Source: Azospirillaceae bacterium (lineage in GTDB: Bacteria > Pseudomonadota > Alphaproteobacteria > Azospirillales > Azospirillaceae). From it: DNA of 64,000 nt. A program made the translations under genes and the position numbers. Below the pieces are notes generated by a model. It did no database searches and had not been told where the DNA came from. It worked only from the letters and a program-made list of their open reading frames with translations. The stretch spans positions 10,282 to 74,281 of the forward strand of contig JARLIO010000084.1 of NCBI GenBank assembly GCA_031291675.1, in the 5' to 3' direction. Positions 28,554 through 39,361 of the stretch are shown piece after piece. Position 1 is the stretch's first letter; the number at the start of each line of letters is the position of its first letter.

Positions 28554-29771
28554 ATGAAACGCATTCTGCTCGCGGGTAGTGCCGCAGCCGCGTTGATGGC
28601 AATGGCGGCTCCTGCCAGCGCCCAGTTCGTTGTCAGCATGCGCGGTGATATGGAATTCACGGCTGGCTATATCGATCGCCAGCAAGACACGGGCCTCCGG
28701 GATTCCGAATTTGCCAACCGTTTCCGCGTCGACATCCGTGCCGACGCCAAGGCCGATAACGGCCTGCAATATGGTGTTCGGTTGCGCCTGCGCGCGCTGA
28801 CCAACAGCAGCGCCGCCGGCGGCGCGACGGTCGATTATGATCGCGCCCTGGCCTATGCCTCGCTGCCGCAATTCGGCCGTATCGACGTCGGTACCATTCC
28901 GGGTTATTCCGATGGCACCTTCAATACGATGTGGGAGTACGATCAGTGCCAGACCAGCGGTGGCTGGGACTGCGCCGGCAACGGCGGCTGGCAGGATTTC
29001 GTCTCCAGCAACAACGCCAATACCAATACCGACGTCAGCAACAAGCTGCCCGGCACCAACGTCTACAACACGTTGTCGCGGCAGGGTAACGCCACCCGGT
29101 TCGTCTATAGCACGCCGGTGTTCAACGGTTTCTCCGCATCGGCGTCTTATGCGCCGCGCGTCGACAGCTCGGGTACCGACGTCAACCTGGTCGCCACGAC
29201 CGGCATCCAGGACGTCTACGAAATTGGCGCCCTGTACGACAACAAGTTCGGCGACATCCGCTTCCGCGTCAACGGCAGCTATATCGGCGGCTCGAACCCC
29301 AAGCTGACGTCGTCCTCGCCGGCGAACGGCTATTATAGCGTTCAGCAGTACAACGCGGCGATCCGGGTCGATTATCAGGGCTTCGCGATCGGTGGCGGCT
29401 ACGTCAACGACGGCAAGTGCACCAGCAACTCCTGCACCGCCAAACAGACGAGCGCCGGCTACTTCAAGGCCGACGACCACACGGTGTGGAACATCAACGC
29501 CCAGTACGCGACCGGCCCGCTCAACCAGGCCAACACGATCGTCTTCGGCGGCGGTTTCCTTCAGGCCCGCGATTCCGGCACCGCGACGGTTCCCGGCTCC
29601 CGCCGTCTGAACGATTGGCAGGTTGCGGCCAACTACATCATCGCGCCCGGCCTGTCCCAGGTCTTCGAGTATGACTACTTCACCGCCCGCAGCGAGGGTG
29701 TCTCGTCTTCCAGCGTGATCACCAAGGACGAAGGCAGCGTGTTCCTGCTCCGTACCAACCTGAGCTTCTAA
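28554..29771 (+). CDS. outer-membrane porin (alphaproteobacterial general porin type), paralog 1
   Basis: Signal peptide ...AMAAPASA/QF, alternating beta-strand pattern, C-terminal ...LLRTNLSF. N-terminal 100 aa are clearly homologous to 30133..31341. Confidence 0.85.
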   Translation: MKRILLAGSAAAALMAMAAPASAQFVVSMRGDMEFTAGYIDRQQDTGLRDSEFANRFRVDIRADAKADNGLQYGVRLRLRALTNSSAAGGATVDYDRALAYASLPQFGRIDVGTIPGYSDGTFNTMWEYDQCQTSGGWDCAGNGGWQDFVSSNNANTNTDVSNKLPGTNVYNTLSRQGNATRFVYSTPVFNGFSASASYAPRVDSSGTDVNLVATTGIQDVYEIGALYDNKFGDIRFRVNGSYIGGSNPKLTSSSPANGYYSVQQYNAAIRVDYQGFAIGGGYVNDGKCTSNSCTAKQTSAGYFKADDHTVWNINAQYATGPLNQANTIVFGGGFLQARDSGTATVPGSRRLNDWQVAANYIIAPGLSQVFEYDYFTARSEGVSSSSVITKDEGSVFLLRTNLSF

Positions 29772-29806
29772 TCAAATCTGGTTGCGTTCAGGGCTGCATC
29801 TTGCAG

Positions 29807-29845
29807 AAGGGGGGAATGCCGCTGGGTATTCCCCCCTTTTTTCTT
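29807..29845 (+). terminator. Rho-independent terminator of porin 1
   Basis: AAGGGGGGAAT-gccgctgggt-ATTCCCCCCTT followed by TTTTCTT. Confidence 0.8.
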
Positions 29846-30132
29846 GCGGGATCGCGAAGTGTCATCGGTTTGCCGGTTAACCGCTTTGCGGCCACAGGGC
29901 CGCGTACCGAACGTGCTGATGGTTGCGCTGCGTCATGCCGGCTTCCCGGGGGGCCGCGGCTTTGCCGCAATACGGGAACCGTCAATCTTTTGTGGCATTT
30001 CCGTCACCCTGTTTCATCAAGCTTCCTCGGTCGGTTTTTTACAGTTCAGCTTCGCTCCCGATCGCATTATCACTGATGCCGAGGCGGGTCCTGGCCGCAT
30101 AGGCGATTTTAAATTAGAGGATGGAGGTTCTC

Positions 30133-31341
30133 ATGAAAAAGAATCATCTGTTAGCAGGTTGCTCGGTTTTGGCGTTGGCGGTTCTGGCAGCGAGCCCGGC
30201 GTCGGCCCAGTTCGTCGTGAAGCTCGGCGGCAATTATGATTTTTTTGCCGGCTATATCGGTCAGTCGAACGATAAGGGCAAGCGCACCACCGAGTTCAAC
30301 AACCGGTTTCGTTTGACCGTCGATGCCTCGAACAAGGCCGACAATGGTCTCGAATACGGTGTCCATCTGCGTCTGCGCACGGTTTCCAACAGCAGCGGTG
30401 GGTCGGTCGTCGATTATGATCGTGCCTATTCGTTCGCGCAGGGTGCCTTCGGTCTCGTTCAGTTGGGCGATCTGACCGGCCCGGGCGACACGCAGCGCAC
30501 CGGTGTCCTCGATTGGGGCACGGGCGCCGCGACCGACGGCTGGGTCGACAACTGGATCCCCAGCTCGACCTTCCTGGACGTCCGGACCCCGATGTCGGGT
30601 GATACCTCGTCGCGTATCAACTACTATACGCCGCGGATTGCTGGTGTTCAGGTCGGCCTCAGCTACATGCCCAAGGGTCATGGTGGTGAAGACTTCGCCC
30701 ATGTCGCGGGCAGCGGCGGCAGCAACGGCACCGATCTCAACCTGAGCAAGCGCAACAGCACCGCCAGCAACGTCCAGGACATTTACGAAATCGGCTTCGG
30801 CTATGTCGGTGCTGCGGGTCCGGTCACGATCAACCTGAACGGCGAATACGAAGGCGGCAACATCTATGGCACGGGCGTTGGTGGCGTGCCCACGGGTTCG
30901 TCGTTGCGGCCGTTGTCGGCCTACCAGGCCGGCGGCAAGATCAGCTATGCCGGGTTGGATCTTGGCGGTGACTTTGTCTATGCCGGCAAGAGCGGTTATG
31001 CCCGCAATCCGGGGGCGACCAACAGCGGCCTCGACAGCCAGTTGACCTATGACGTGGGTCTGCAGTACACGACCGGCCCGATCCTGGTTGGCATCAACTA
31101 TGCCTATGGTCAGGGCGGTGGTGCGGTCGAGCAGGGCGGGAGCTATTCGGTCGGCGGACATCGTAATACCAAACTGTATTCGGCTGGTGCGACCTACACC
31201 ATCGCGCCCGGCTTCACCGCCGGCATCGAATACGATTACTTCAAGATCCACTACACCGATGCGGCCCAGGTTGCGACGGCGACCGACAGCCCGAACGATC
31301 GTGGCAGCGTCGTCATACTGACGACCGGCGTCTCGTTCTAA
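30133..31341 (+). CDS. outer-membrane porin, paralog 2
   Basis: MKKNHLLAGCSVLALAVLAASPASA/QF..., C-terminal ...ILTTGVSF. GGAGG 7 nt upstream of the ATG at 30133. Confidence 0.85.
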   Translation: MKKNHLLAGCSVLALAVLAASPASAQFVVKLGGNYDFFAGYIGQSNDKGKRTTEFNNRFRLTVDASNKADNGLEYGVHLRLRTVSNSSGGSVVDYDRAYSFAQGAFGLVQLGDLTGPGDTQRTGVLDWGTGAATDGWVDNWIPSSTFLDVRTPMSGDTSSRINYYTPRIAGVQVGLSYMPKGHGGEDFAHVAGSGGSNGTDLNLSKRNSTASNVQDIYEIGFGYVGAAGPVTINLNGEYEGGNIYGTGVGGVPTGSSLRPLSAYQAGGKISYAGLDLGGDFVYAGKSGYARNPGATNSGLDSQLTYDVGLQYTTGPILVGINYAYGQGGGAVEQGGSYSVGGHRNTKLYSAGATYTIAPGFTAGIEYDYFKIHYTDAAQVATATDSPNDRGSVVILTTGVSF

Positions 31342-31388
31342 GCAGAATTTCGTGACACCGGCCCTGTGCCGGTGTCGGGAAGTTTCGA

Positions 31389-31421
31389 CGGCGGCACCGA
31401 AAGGTGCCGCCGTTTTCTTTT
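31389..31421 (+). terminator. Rho-independent terminator of porin 2
   Basis: CGGCGGCACC-GAAA-GGTGCCGCCG followed by TTTTCTTTT. Confidence 0.8.
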
Positions 31422-31514
31422 GATCATGCCGCGCAATCGGTCTATCGGAAATGCGCACTGTCGTGCCGTCACGACCAGTCGACATTCGCTATATTGCTGC
31501 GTCGAGGTTCTGAA

Positions 31515-32204
31515 ATGTCCGAGTCTGTGTCGCCGATTGCTGCCGCCTTGAAAGAGATCCGGGCGCGGATCGCGGTGTCGGCCGCCGCGGTCGATCGCGA
31601 CCCGGCCACCGTGACCCTGGTTGCCGTCAGCAAGACCCATCCGCTCGAGACGGCGCGTCTGGCGCTGCAGGCGGGTCAGCGTGTGTTCGGTGAAAACCGG
31701 GTGCAGGAAGCCAAAGCGAAATGGCCCGCTTTGCGCAGCGAATTTCCGGATCTGGTGTTGCACCTGATCGGCCCGTTGCAGACCAACAAGGTCAGGGAGG
31801 CGCTGGCCTTGTTCGACGTCATCGAAACCCTGGACCGACCGCGTCTGGCCGAGGCGATCGCCGACGAACAGGCGCGGTCGGGTCACCGGCCGCGGCTGCT
31901 GGTCCAGGTCAATACCGGTGATGAGCCGCAGAAGGCCGGGCTGTCACCGGTCGACGTCCCGGATTTTCTCGCGGCCTGCCGGGATCAGTGGCGGCTGTCG
32001 ATCGCCGGTCTGATGTGCATCCCGCCGGTTGACGAGGAGCCGGCCCTGCATTTCGCCTTGCTGGCGGACCTCGCCCGGCGGCACGGCCTGGCGCAGCTGA
32101 GCATGGGGATGAGCGGCGACTTCGAAACGGCGGTTCGCTTCGGGGCGACGCATGTCCGGGTGGGCACCGCGATTTTCGGGGCCAGACCGGCGACGCCGGA
32201 TTGA
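31515..32204 (+). CDS. yggS: YggS-family pyridoxal-phosphate homeostasis protein
   Basis: LVAVSKTHP...FGENRVQE...HLIGPLQTNK...SMGMSGDF are typical of YggS/PROSC. GAGG upstream of the ATG at 31515. Confidence 0.85.
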   Translation: MSESVSPIAAALKEIRARIAVSAAAVDRDPATVTLVAVSKTHPLETARLALQAGQRVFGENRVQEAKAKWPALRSEFPDLVLHLIGPLQTNKVREALALFDVIETLDRPRLAEAIADEQARSGHRPRLLVQVNTGDEPQKAGLSPVDVPDFLAACRDQWRLSIAGLMCIPPVDEEPALHFALLADLARRHGLAQLSMGMSGDFETAVRFGATHVRVGTAIFGARPATPD

Positions 32205-32238
32205 GGGCGCGGCATCCCTCAATCCCTTGCGGGCGATA

Positions 32239-32742
32239 TCAGGTCGCGCTGATACAGATTTCCATCCCGGGGCCGCAGAATTCCAGCAGGGCCAGCAGGT
32301 CGGCACGCGTGAGCGCAATGCAACCGGCTGTGGGTTCGTAGTCGCCCCGGGCGATATGGAGGAAGATCGCGCTGCCGCGGCCGGCCACGACCGGAGCGTC
32401 ATTGTGACCGATGACCAGGATGACATCGTAAAGCGAGTCCGCGCGCCACAGCCGTTCATGCGATGCCGCGTAGGGCAGCGGGACCCGACGGTTATAGTTG
32501 GCATCCGCGGGATCGTCGCACCAGCCATCGTCCGGGGTCAAGGCGGCGACCGGCAAAGCGGTGCGGGGTGCGGCGACGCGGTCGGGCCGGTAAAGCACAC
32601 GCCGCAGGGGAAAGCAGCCGGATGGGGTCGCGCCGTCGCCTTCGACCTTGTCGGGGCGAATCCCGTTGCGCCCCGAGGCACAGCGGGTCACGCCGTGGGG
32701 TCCGTGCAGCCAGCCCTGGTGATCGACGCGAATGCCGCTCAT
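32239..32742 (-). CDS. L,D-transpeptidase (YkuD) catalytic-domain protein
   Basis: GSAIFLHIARGDYEPTAGCIAL matches the H...GC active-site motif of YkuD domains. 167 aa, no obvious signal peptide. Confidence 0.7.
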   Translation of the reverse strand: MSGIRVDHQGWLHGPHGVTRCASGRNGIRPDKVEGDGATPSGCFPLRRVLYRPDRVAAPRTALPVAALTPDDGWCDDPADANYNRRVPLPYAASHERLWRADSLYDVILVIGHNDAPVVAGRGSAIFLHIARGDYEPTAGCIALTRADLLALLEFCGPGMEICISAT

Positions 32743-32811
32743 CGGGATCCTCCGATTCGCGTCCTGTCCGGAATGGTTCGACTCGATCCCCGCGGCCGAT
32801 GGGTGCGGCGG

Positions 32812-34182
<1,371 letters not shown>

Positions 34183-34315
34183 GGCCTCGGTCTCCGGCAA
34201 CGGCGGATGATCCGGCGTTGTGGATAGACAGATGCATTGATCATGCCAAGAACGGTGGTGCCAGACTCGGACGGCGCCGGACGCGAAAGCCGGCGATCCT
34301 TGTTGCGCGCCGGGG

Positions 34316-35464
34316 TCAGAACAGATGACCGGCGCGTTCCGCCTTGGTGCGCAGATAGGCCTCGTTATGGCCATTGCTGGGGAAAATATGCGGAACCCGC
34401 TCAACGACGTCGATGCCGCACCGGGCCAGTTGGCGCAGCTTGTCGGGATTGTTGGTCAGGAGCCGGACCTTCTGAAAGCCCAGCAGGCGCAGCATTTCCG
34501 CGGCCGGTAGATAAAGCCGCTCGTCGGCGTCAAAGCCGAGCATGACATTGGCGTCAATGGTATCGGCCCCGTCATCCTGCAGCCGATAGGCGCGCAGCTT
34601 GTTGATCAGACCGATGCCGCGGCCTTCCTGGGCCAGGTAGAGCAGGATCCCCTGGCCATGTTCGATGATTTCGTCGATGGCACCGCGCAATTGTGCCCCG
34701 CAATCGCAGCGCAACGACCCCAGCAGATCCCCGGTGAAGCACTCGGAATGCAGGCGGGTCAGCACGATCTGGCCCGGGGCCGGATCGCCGATGATGATCG
34801 CCAAATGTTCCAGCCCGCCGTCGCTGGGTCGAAAGGCGATGAGCCGGGTGGTTTCGGCGCGATCGAGCGGGACCACCGCCTCGACGACGCGCAGCAGGCT
34901 GCGGGCCGACAGGCTGTGATAGTGCGCGATGTCGCCGGCCTTGACCCGCAGCAGGTCATGGCATTGCGCGAACGCCGCCAATGCCGGTCCCTGATTGCCC
35001 AGCGGGTCGGGCAGGGGGGCCACCAGCATCGCGGGCAACAGCTGGGCCAGCTTGGCCAGCTGAACGGCGGCGGCCTCCGGCTCGGTCGCCGGCTCGATTC
35101 TCAGGAGTTCGCGATCCGCGGGCACCAGGGGGGCGCCGCGGGTCGGGTCGACCAGGTCGCGAATCCGCTCGATCGTCAAAGGTCCGCGCAGGCCGATCAC
35201 GCCGTCTCCGGTCCCGGCAAAACCGATCACCGCCGCGCGGCGCCGCGACAGCACCAGAACCGGCGGGGTCTCGGCCAGGAATTCCAGGCGGGCCAGACTC
35301 TCGGCCGTCACGCCCTCCGCCGGTTGCGCCAGCGTCACGGCGTGATCGGGCGTTTCGACGATTACCGGGTCGCCGCGCCGCAGCTCCCCAAAGGCCCGGT
35401 TGACGGCGCGCAACGCCTTGCCGTCAAGGGTATGATCAAGATGATGGGCGGGATGGCTTGACAT
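34316..35464 (-). CDS. ribA: GTP cyclohydrolase II with an N-terminal extension
   Basis: C-terminal half RLHSECFTGDLLGSLRCDCGAQL...GRGIGLINKLRAY is canonical GCH II. The N-terminal ~190 aa has only a faint DHBP-synthase-like trace. Confidence 0.85.
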   Translation of the reverse strand: MSSHPAHHLDHTLDGKALRAVNRAFGELRRGDPVIVETPDHAVTLAQPAEGVTAESLARLEFLAETPPVLVLSRRRAAVIGFAGTGDGVIGLRGPLTIERIRDLVDPTRGAPLVPADRELLRIEPATEPEAAAVQLAKLAQLLPAMLVAPLPDPLGNQGPALAAFAQCHDLLRVKAGDIAHYHSLSARSLLRVVEAVVPLDRAETTRLIAFRPSDGGLEHLAIIIGDPAPGQIVLTRLHSECFTGDLLGSLRCDCGAQLRGAIDEIIEHGQGILLYLAQEGRGIGLINKLRAYRLQDDGADTIDANVMLGFDADERLYLPAAEMLRLLGFQKVRLLTNNPDKLRQLARCGIDVVERVPHIFPSNGHNEAYLRTKAERAGHLF

Positions 35465-35654
35465 GATGCTGTATTATACCCGTCTTTTCGCGCCGTCGCC
35501 TCTTGAAACGAAAAGAGTGTGCGGCGACGTGTCGGCGGGGCCTGGTGTGCCGCCGCGGTTTGGCGGATCGCGGCAATCGCTTGAAATTATTGCGGCCTTG
35601 ACCCCATCCTGGCACGGTGTCGCGCGCGCGGTGACGCAGCCGGGACGGAGAACC

Positions 35655-36344
35655 ATGCCCTTCGAGAAGCGGATTCTTTTGGTTGATGACGACGAGGCTT
35701 TGCGCCAGTCCCTCGTTGAACAGCTGCGCCTGTTGCAGGAATTTCATGTCGTGGAGGCGGGCGATGCGGCCGGCGCGCTGCTGGCCACGCGCGACGACTA
35801 TTTCGACGCGATCCTGTTGGATGTCGGGTTGCCCGATCAGGATGGCCGTGTGCTGTGCCAGTCGCTGCGCAGCGCCGGGATCCGCTGCCCGATCATCATG
35901 CTGACGGCCGCCGCCAGCGATGCCGATACCGTCCAGGGGCTTGAGTCCGGCGCCAACGATTATATCGCCAAGCCGTTTCGACTGGCGGTTCTGGTGGCGC
36001 GGCTGCGGGCGCAATTGCGCCAGTTCGAGCAAAGCGATGACGCGGCATTCCCCATCGGCCGGTTCAGTTTCCGTCCCGCGGCCAAACTGCTGCTGGACCA
36101 GGGCGCCAATTCCAAGATCCATCTGACCGAAAAAGAAACGGCGATTCTGAAGTATCTCTATCGGGCCGGCAAGAAAACGGTGGGCCGCGACACCTTGCTG
36201 GGTGAGGTCTGGGGTTATAATGCCGGGGTGACGACGCATACGCTTGAAACGCATATCTATCGTCTGCGGCAGAAAATCGAGAATAATCCGGCGAATGCCG
36301 AGATCCTGGTGACCGAGGTCGGCGGATATCGTCTGGTTCCGTAA
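35655..36344 (+). CDS. OmpR/PhoB-family response regulator
   Basis: ILLVDDDEALR...ILLDVGLPDQDG...KPF receiver domain plus a winged-helix C-terminus (THTLETHIYRLRQKIE...GGYRL). GGAG upstream of the ATG at 35655. Confidence 0.9.
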   Translation: MPFEKRILLVDDDEALRQSLVEQLRLLQEFHVVEAGDAAGALLATRDDYFDAILLDVGLPDQDGRVLCQSLRSAGIRCPIIMLTAAASDADTVQGLESGANDYIAKPFRLAVLVARLRAQLRQFEQSDDAAFPIGRFSFRPAAKLLLDQGANSKIHLTEKETAILKYLYRAGKKTVGRDTLLGEVWGYNAGVTTHTLETHIYRLRQKIENNPANAEILVTEVGGYRLVP

Positions 36345-36491
36345 CGTCGATCGTCGCGATGGGTGGCGGGCGCGGCGTTCGTGCCGTGCCGTGGCCGGTT
36401 CCTCGCAACGCGCGGTGAATTCTCTCGACTTGCGCCCGGGTGCGCGCGACAGTGTTGCCGATCAAGGGGATTGGCTAGACGGGTAAAACCG

Positions 36492-37325
36492 GTGAACAGT
36501 ACCGGCGGCTTGACAGCGCGTTTCTGGGGCGTTCGCGGCAGCATAGCGGCGCCGGGGCCCGATACCGTGCGCTATGGCGGCAATACCCCGTGCATCGAGA
36601 TGCGCGCGGCGGGTCGGCTCCTGATTTTCGACGCCGGCACCGGCATCCGGCTGTTGGGGCTGTCCTTGAAGAGCTGCGACGCGCTCGACATGGATCTGTT
36701 CCTGACCCATACCCATTTTGATCACATTACGGGTCTGCCCTTTTTTGCACCGATCTTTGATCCGCGCCATCGAATCCGACTCTGGTCCGGGCATCTGCCG
36801 ACCCACCATGGGCTGGAGGCGGTGCTGCGCGACATGATGAAGGCGCCCCTGTTTCCGGTTCCACCCACGGTGTTCCGGGCGACGGTCGAGTTTCGCGATT
36901 TCCATTGCGGAACTTCGTGGCAGGTGGCGCCGGATATCACGATCCGGACCGGGCGTCTCAATCACCCCGACGGCGCCTGTGGCTATCGCGTTGAGTTTGG
37001 TGGCCACAGCATTTGCCTGATCACCGATACCGAGCACCTCCCGGGGCGGCGCGATCCGGCGGTGGTCGAGCTGGCGCGCGGGGCCGATATCATGATCTAC
37101 GACAGCACCTATACCGACGAGGAATATCAGCGCCATGTCGGTTGGGGTCATTCGACTTGGCAGGAGGCGTGCCGTGTTGCCGACGCGGCCGGTGTCGGTC
37201 GTGTCGTCATTTTCCATCATGCACCGGAGCATGACGATGCCTTCCTCGACGCGGTCGCGGCGGCTGCGGATTTCGTCCGCCCGGGCACTCTTGTCGCGCG
37301 CGAAGGCATGGTCCTTACGGCTTAG
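36492..37325 (+). CDS. MBL-fold metallo-hydrolase
   Basis: THTHFDHITG (HxHxDH). The GTG start at 36492 is a guess, and the track ORF begins at 36363. Confidence 0.75.
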   Translation: MNSTGGLTARFWGVRGSIAAPGPDTVRYGGNTPCIEMRAAGRLLIFDAGTGIRLLGLSLKSCDALDMDLFLTHTHFDHITGLPFFAPIFDPRHRIRLWSGHLPTHHGLEAVLRDMMKAPLFPVPPTVFRATVEFRDFHCGTSWQVAPDITIRTGRLNHPDGACGYRVEFGGHSICLITDTEHLPGRRDPAVVELARGADIMIYDSTYTDEEYQRHVGWGHSTWQEACRVADAAGVGRVVIFHHAPEHDDAFLDAVAAAADFVRPGTLVAREGMVLTA

Positions 37326-37334
37326 AGGCGAATC

Positions 37335-38201
37335 ATGCTCCGTCCCCGTCTCCGCCGGCTGGCTTTCGGGCTCACGACCCTGTTCGGGGTTGGCGCGCGC
37401 GGCTATTTCATTCCCTATCGTCATGCCGGTGCGATCGCCCGGCCCGTGCCAGGCCATCCGGCGGTGGCCGCGCTGTTTCGGACGCACCAGGACGGGTTTG
37501 CCGCGGTGTTGGCCGCGATCGATGGTTTTACCTCCGAGCTTCTGGCGCTGAAAGGGCCGGCACCGGAGCCGCGCTGGGACCAGGACTGGTTTCCCCGCCT
37601 CGACGCGGCAGCGGCCTATGCCATGGTCCGGACCCGCCGGCCGCAGCGCATCGTCGAGATCGGATCCGGCCATTCCACCCGGTTTCTCAGCCGGGCGATC
37701 CGGGATGGCGGGATCGCGTGCCGGTTGGTGGCGATCGATCCCGCCCCCCGCGCCATCATTTCCGCGCTGCCGATCACGGCCCTGGCCCAGACCGTCCAGG
37801 CGGCGGGCTGGGCGCCGTTCGCCGATCTGATGCCGGGCGACATCGTGTTCATTGATTCCAGCCACATCTTGATGCCGGGCAGCGATGTCGACCTGCTGTT
37901 CGGTGAAATCCTGCCACGCCTGCCGGCCGGAATTCTGGTCCACATTCACGACATGATGCTTCCCGATCCTTATCCGCCGGTCTGGGCGTGGCGCGGCTAT
38001 AACGAGCAGCCGCTGGTCGCCGCGATCCTGGGCGGTGGCGGTTGGAAGCCCTTGTTTGCCAGCCACTATGTCGCAACGCGGCTGGATCACCTGGTCAAGC
38101 GCACCGTGATCGACCGGCTGCCGCTACGCCCGGGGGCGTTCGAGGCCAGCCTGTGGCTCGAGAAGCAGGCGCCGGCCCTGGCCGCCGCGGGGTGCGATTA
38201 G
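37335..38201 (+). CDS. probable class I SAM-dependent methyltransferase
   Basis: RIVEIGSGHSTRFL resembles SAM-binding motif I. 288 aa, and the family call is tentative. Confidence 0.55.
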   Translation: MLRPRLRRLAFGLTTLFGVGARGYFIPYRHAGAIARPVPGHPAVAALFRTHQDGFAAVLAAIDGFTSELLALKGPAPEPRWDQDWFPRLDAAAAYAMVRTRRPQRIVEIGSGHSTRFLSRAIRDGGIACRLVAIDPAPRAIISALPITALAQTVQAAGWAPFADLMPGDIVFIDSSHILMPGSDVDLLFGEILPRLPAGILVHIHDMMLPDPYPPVWAWRGYNEQPLVAAILGGGGWKPLFASHYVATRLDHLVKRTVIDRLPLRPGAFEASLWLEKQAPALAAAGCD

Positions 38202-39361
38202 CGATTGGGATCCGCGGCGTCGCGCAAGCCATCGCCCAGGAAATTGAAGGCCAGAACGGTCAGAATCACCGGGATGACGGGCAGCAGCAGCCAGGGATAG
38301 AGCGCCACGACATTGATATTCTGCGCCTGGTTCAGCAATACGCCCCAACTGGTGATCGGCGGCCGCAATCCCAGGCCGAGGAATGACAGCGCGGTCTCAC
38401 CCAGGATCATGTGAGGCACCGAAAGCGTGGCCGATGCGATCAGATGGCTGGCGAAGTTGGGCAGCAGGTGACGGACGACAATCCGCCGTGGTGACGCGCC
38501 CATCAACTGCGCGGCCAGGCAAAAATCCTCTTCGCGCAACGCCAGCAGTTTCGAGCGCACCGCCCGGGCGAGACCGGTCCAATCCAGCAGCCCCAGAATC
38601 AGGGTGATGCCAAAATAAATCAGGATCGGCGACCAACGCACCGGCAAGGCCGCCGATAGCGCCATCCACAACGGGATCTCGGGAAAACAGCGCAGGATCT
38701 CGATCAGCCGTTGGCTGAGGCTGTCAACCCAGCCGCCATAATAACCGGCGGCGCCCCCGATGGTAATGCCCAGCACGAAGCTGATGGTGATGCCGATCAG
38801 ACCGACGGTGAGGGAAATCCGTGTGCCGTAGATGATGCGGCTCAGCATGTCACGCCCCAGCCGGTCGGTGCCCAGCAAAAACAGGGTGCCGTCGGGTGCC
38901 GGGCAGACCAGATGCCAGTCGCTGTCGACCAATCCCCAGAAGCGATAGCTGTCGCCATGGCACAGGAAGCGGATCGGTTCGATCAGCGTCGTATCGGGGT
39001 GATAGACGCGCCGCAATGTGCCCATGTTGAGATGGTATTCGTAGCCATAAACGAAGGGCCCGACCCATTGGCCCTCGTGCCACAGGTGAACCGCCTGTGG
39101 TGGCGCATAGAGGGCATGGACATTGCGGCTGTCGCTGCCATAGGGGGCGAGAAACTCGGAAATCAGGATGCTGACATAGAACAGGGCCAGCACGCCGGCC
39201 GAGATCACGGCCAGCCGGTGCCGGCACAGTCGCCACCAGAAAATCCGACCGGGCGAGGCGCGGTACCATCGCTCCTGCGCGGCGGTCATCACCGGTTTCA
39301 GGTCAGGGTCGAACGGTTCGGTCGAGACCGTGTGCGGCAGGGTTTCCGGGGAGGGGATCAT
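38198..39361 (-). CDS. peptide-type ABC transporter permease (YejE/OppC-like)
   Basis: Multi-pass membrane protein with an N-terminal extension and the binding-protein-dependent transport motif region. 4-nt overlap with the upstream permease gene. Confidence 0.85.
   Translation of the reverse strand: MIPSPETLPHTVSTEPFDPDLKPVMTAAQERWYRASPGRIFWWRLCRHRLAVISAGVLALFYVSILISEFLAPYGSDSRNVHALYAPPQAVHLWHEGQWVGPFVYGYEYHLNMGTLRRVYHPDTTLIEPIRFLCHGDSYRFWGLVDSDWHLVCPAPDGTLFLLGTDRLGRDMLSRIIYGTRISLTVGLIGITISFVLGITIGGAAGYYGGWVDSLSQRLIEILRCFPEIPLWMALSAALPVRWSPILIYFGITLILGLLDWTGLARAVRSKLLALREEDFCLAAQLMGASPRRIVVRHLLPNFASHLIASATLSVPHMILGETALSFLGLGLRPPITSWGVLLNQAQNINVVALYPWLLLPVIPVILTVLAFNFLGDGLRDAADPNR

Noticed and set aside
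28425-31485. Minus-strand ORFs 28425..29480 and 30151..31485
   Set aside because: Antisense to the two porin genes, which have signal peptides, C-terminal Phe and their own terminators.
32765-32800. tRNA-like GGTTCGACTCGATCC string
   Set aside because: The flanks cannot form a T-arm or acceptor stem, and there is no cloverleaf. I found no tRNA or rRNA genes anywhere in the window.
35465-35654. FMN riboswitch upstream of ribA
   Set aside because: The 190-bp divergent region lacks the conserved FMN-element core sequences. It holds only a simple hairpin (CGTCGCC...GGCGACG).
36462-38090. 542-aa minus-strand ORF
   Set aside because: Antisense to the MBL-fold hydrolase and methyltransferase-like genes, with no domain signatures.
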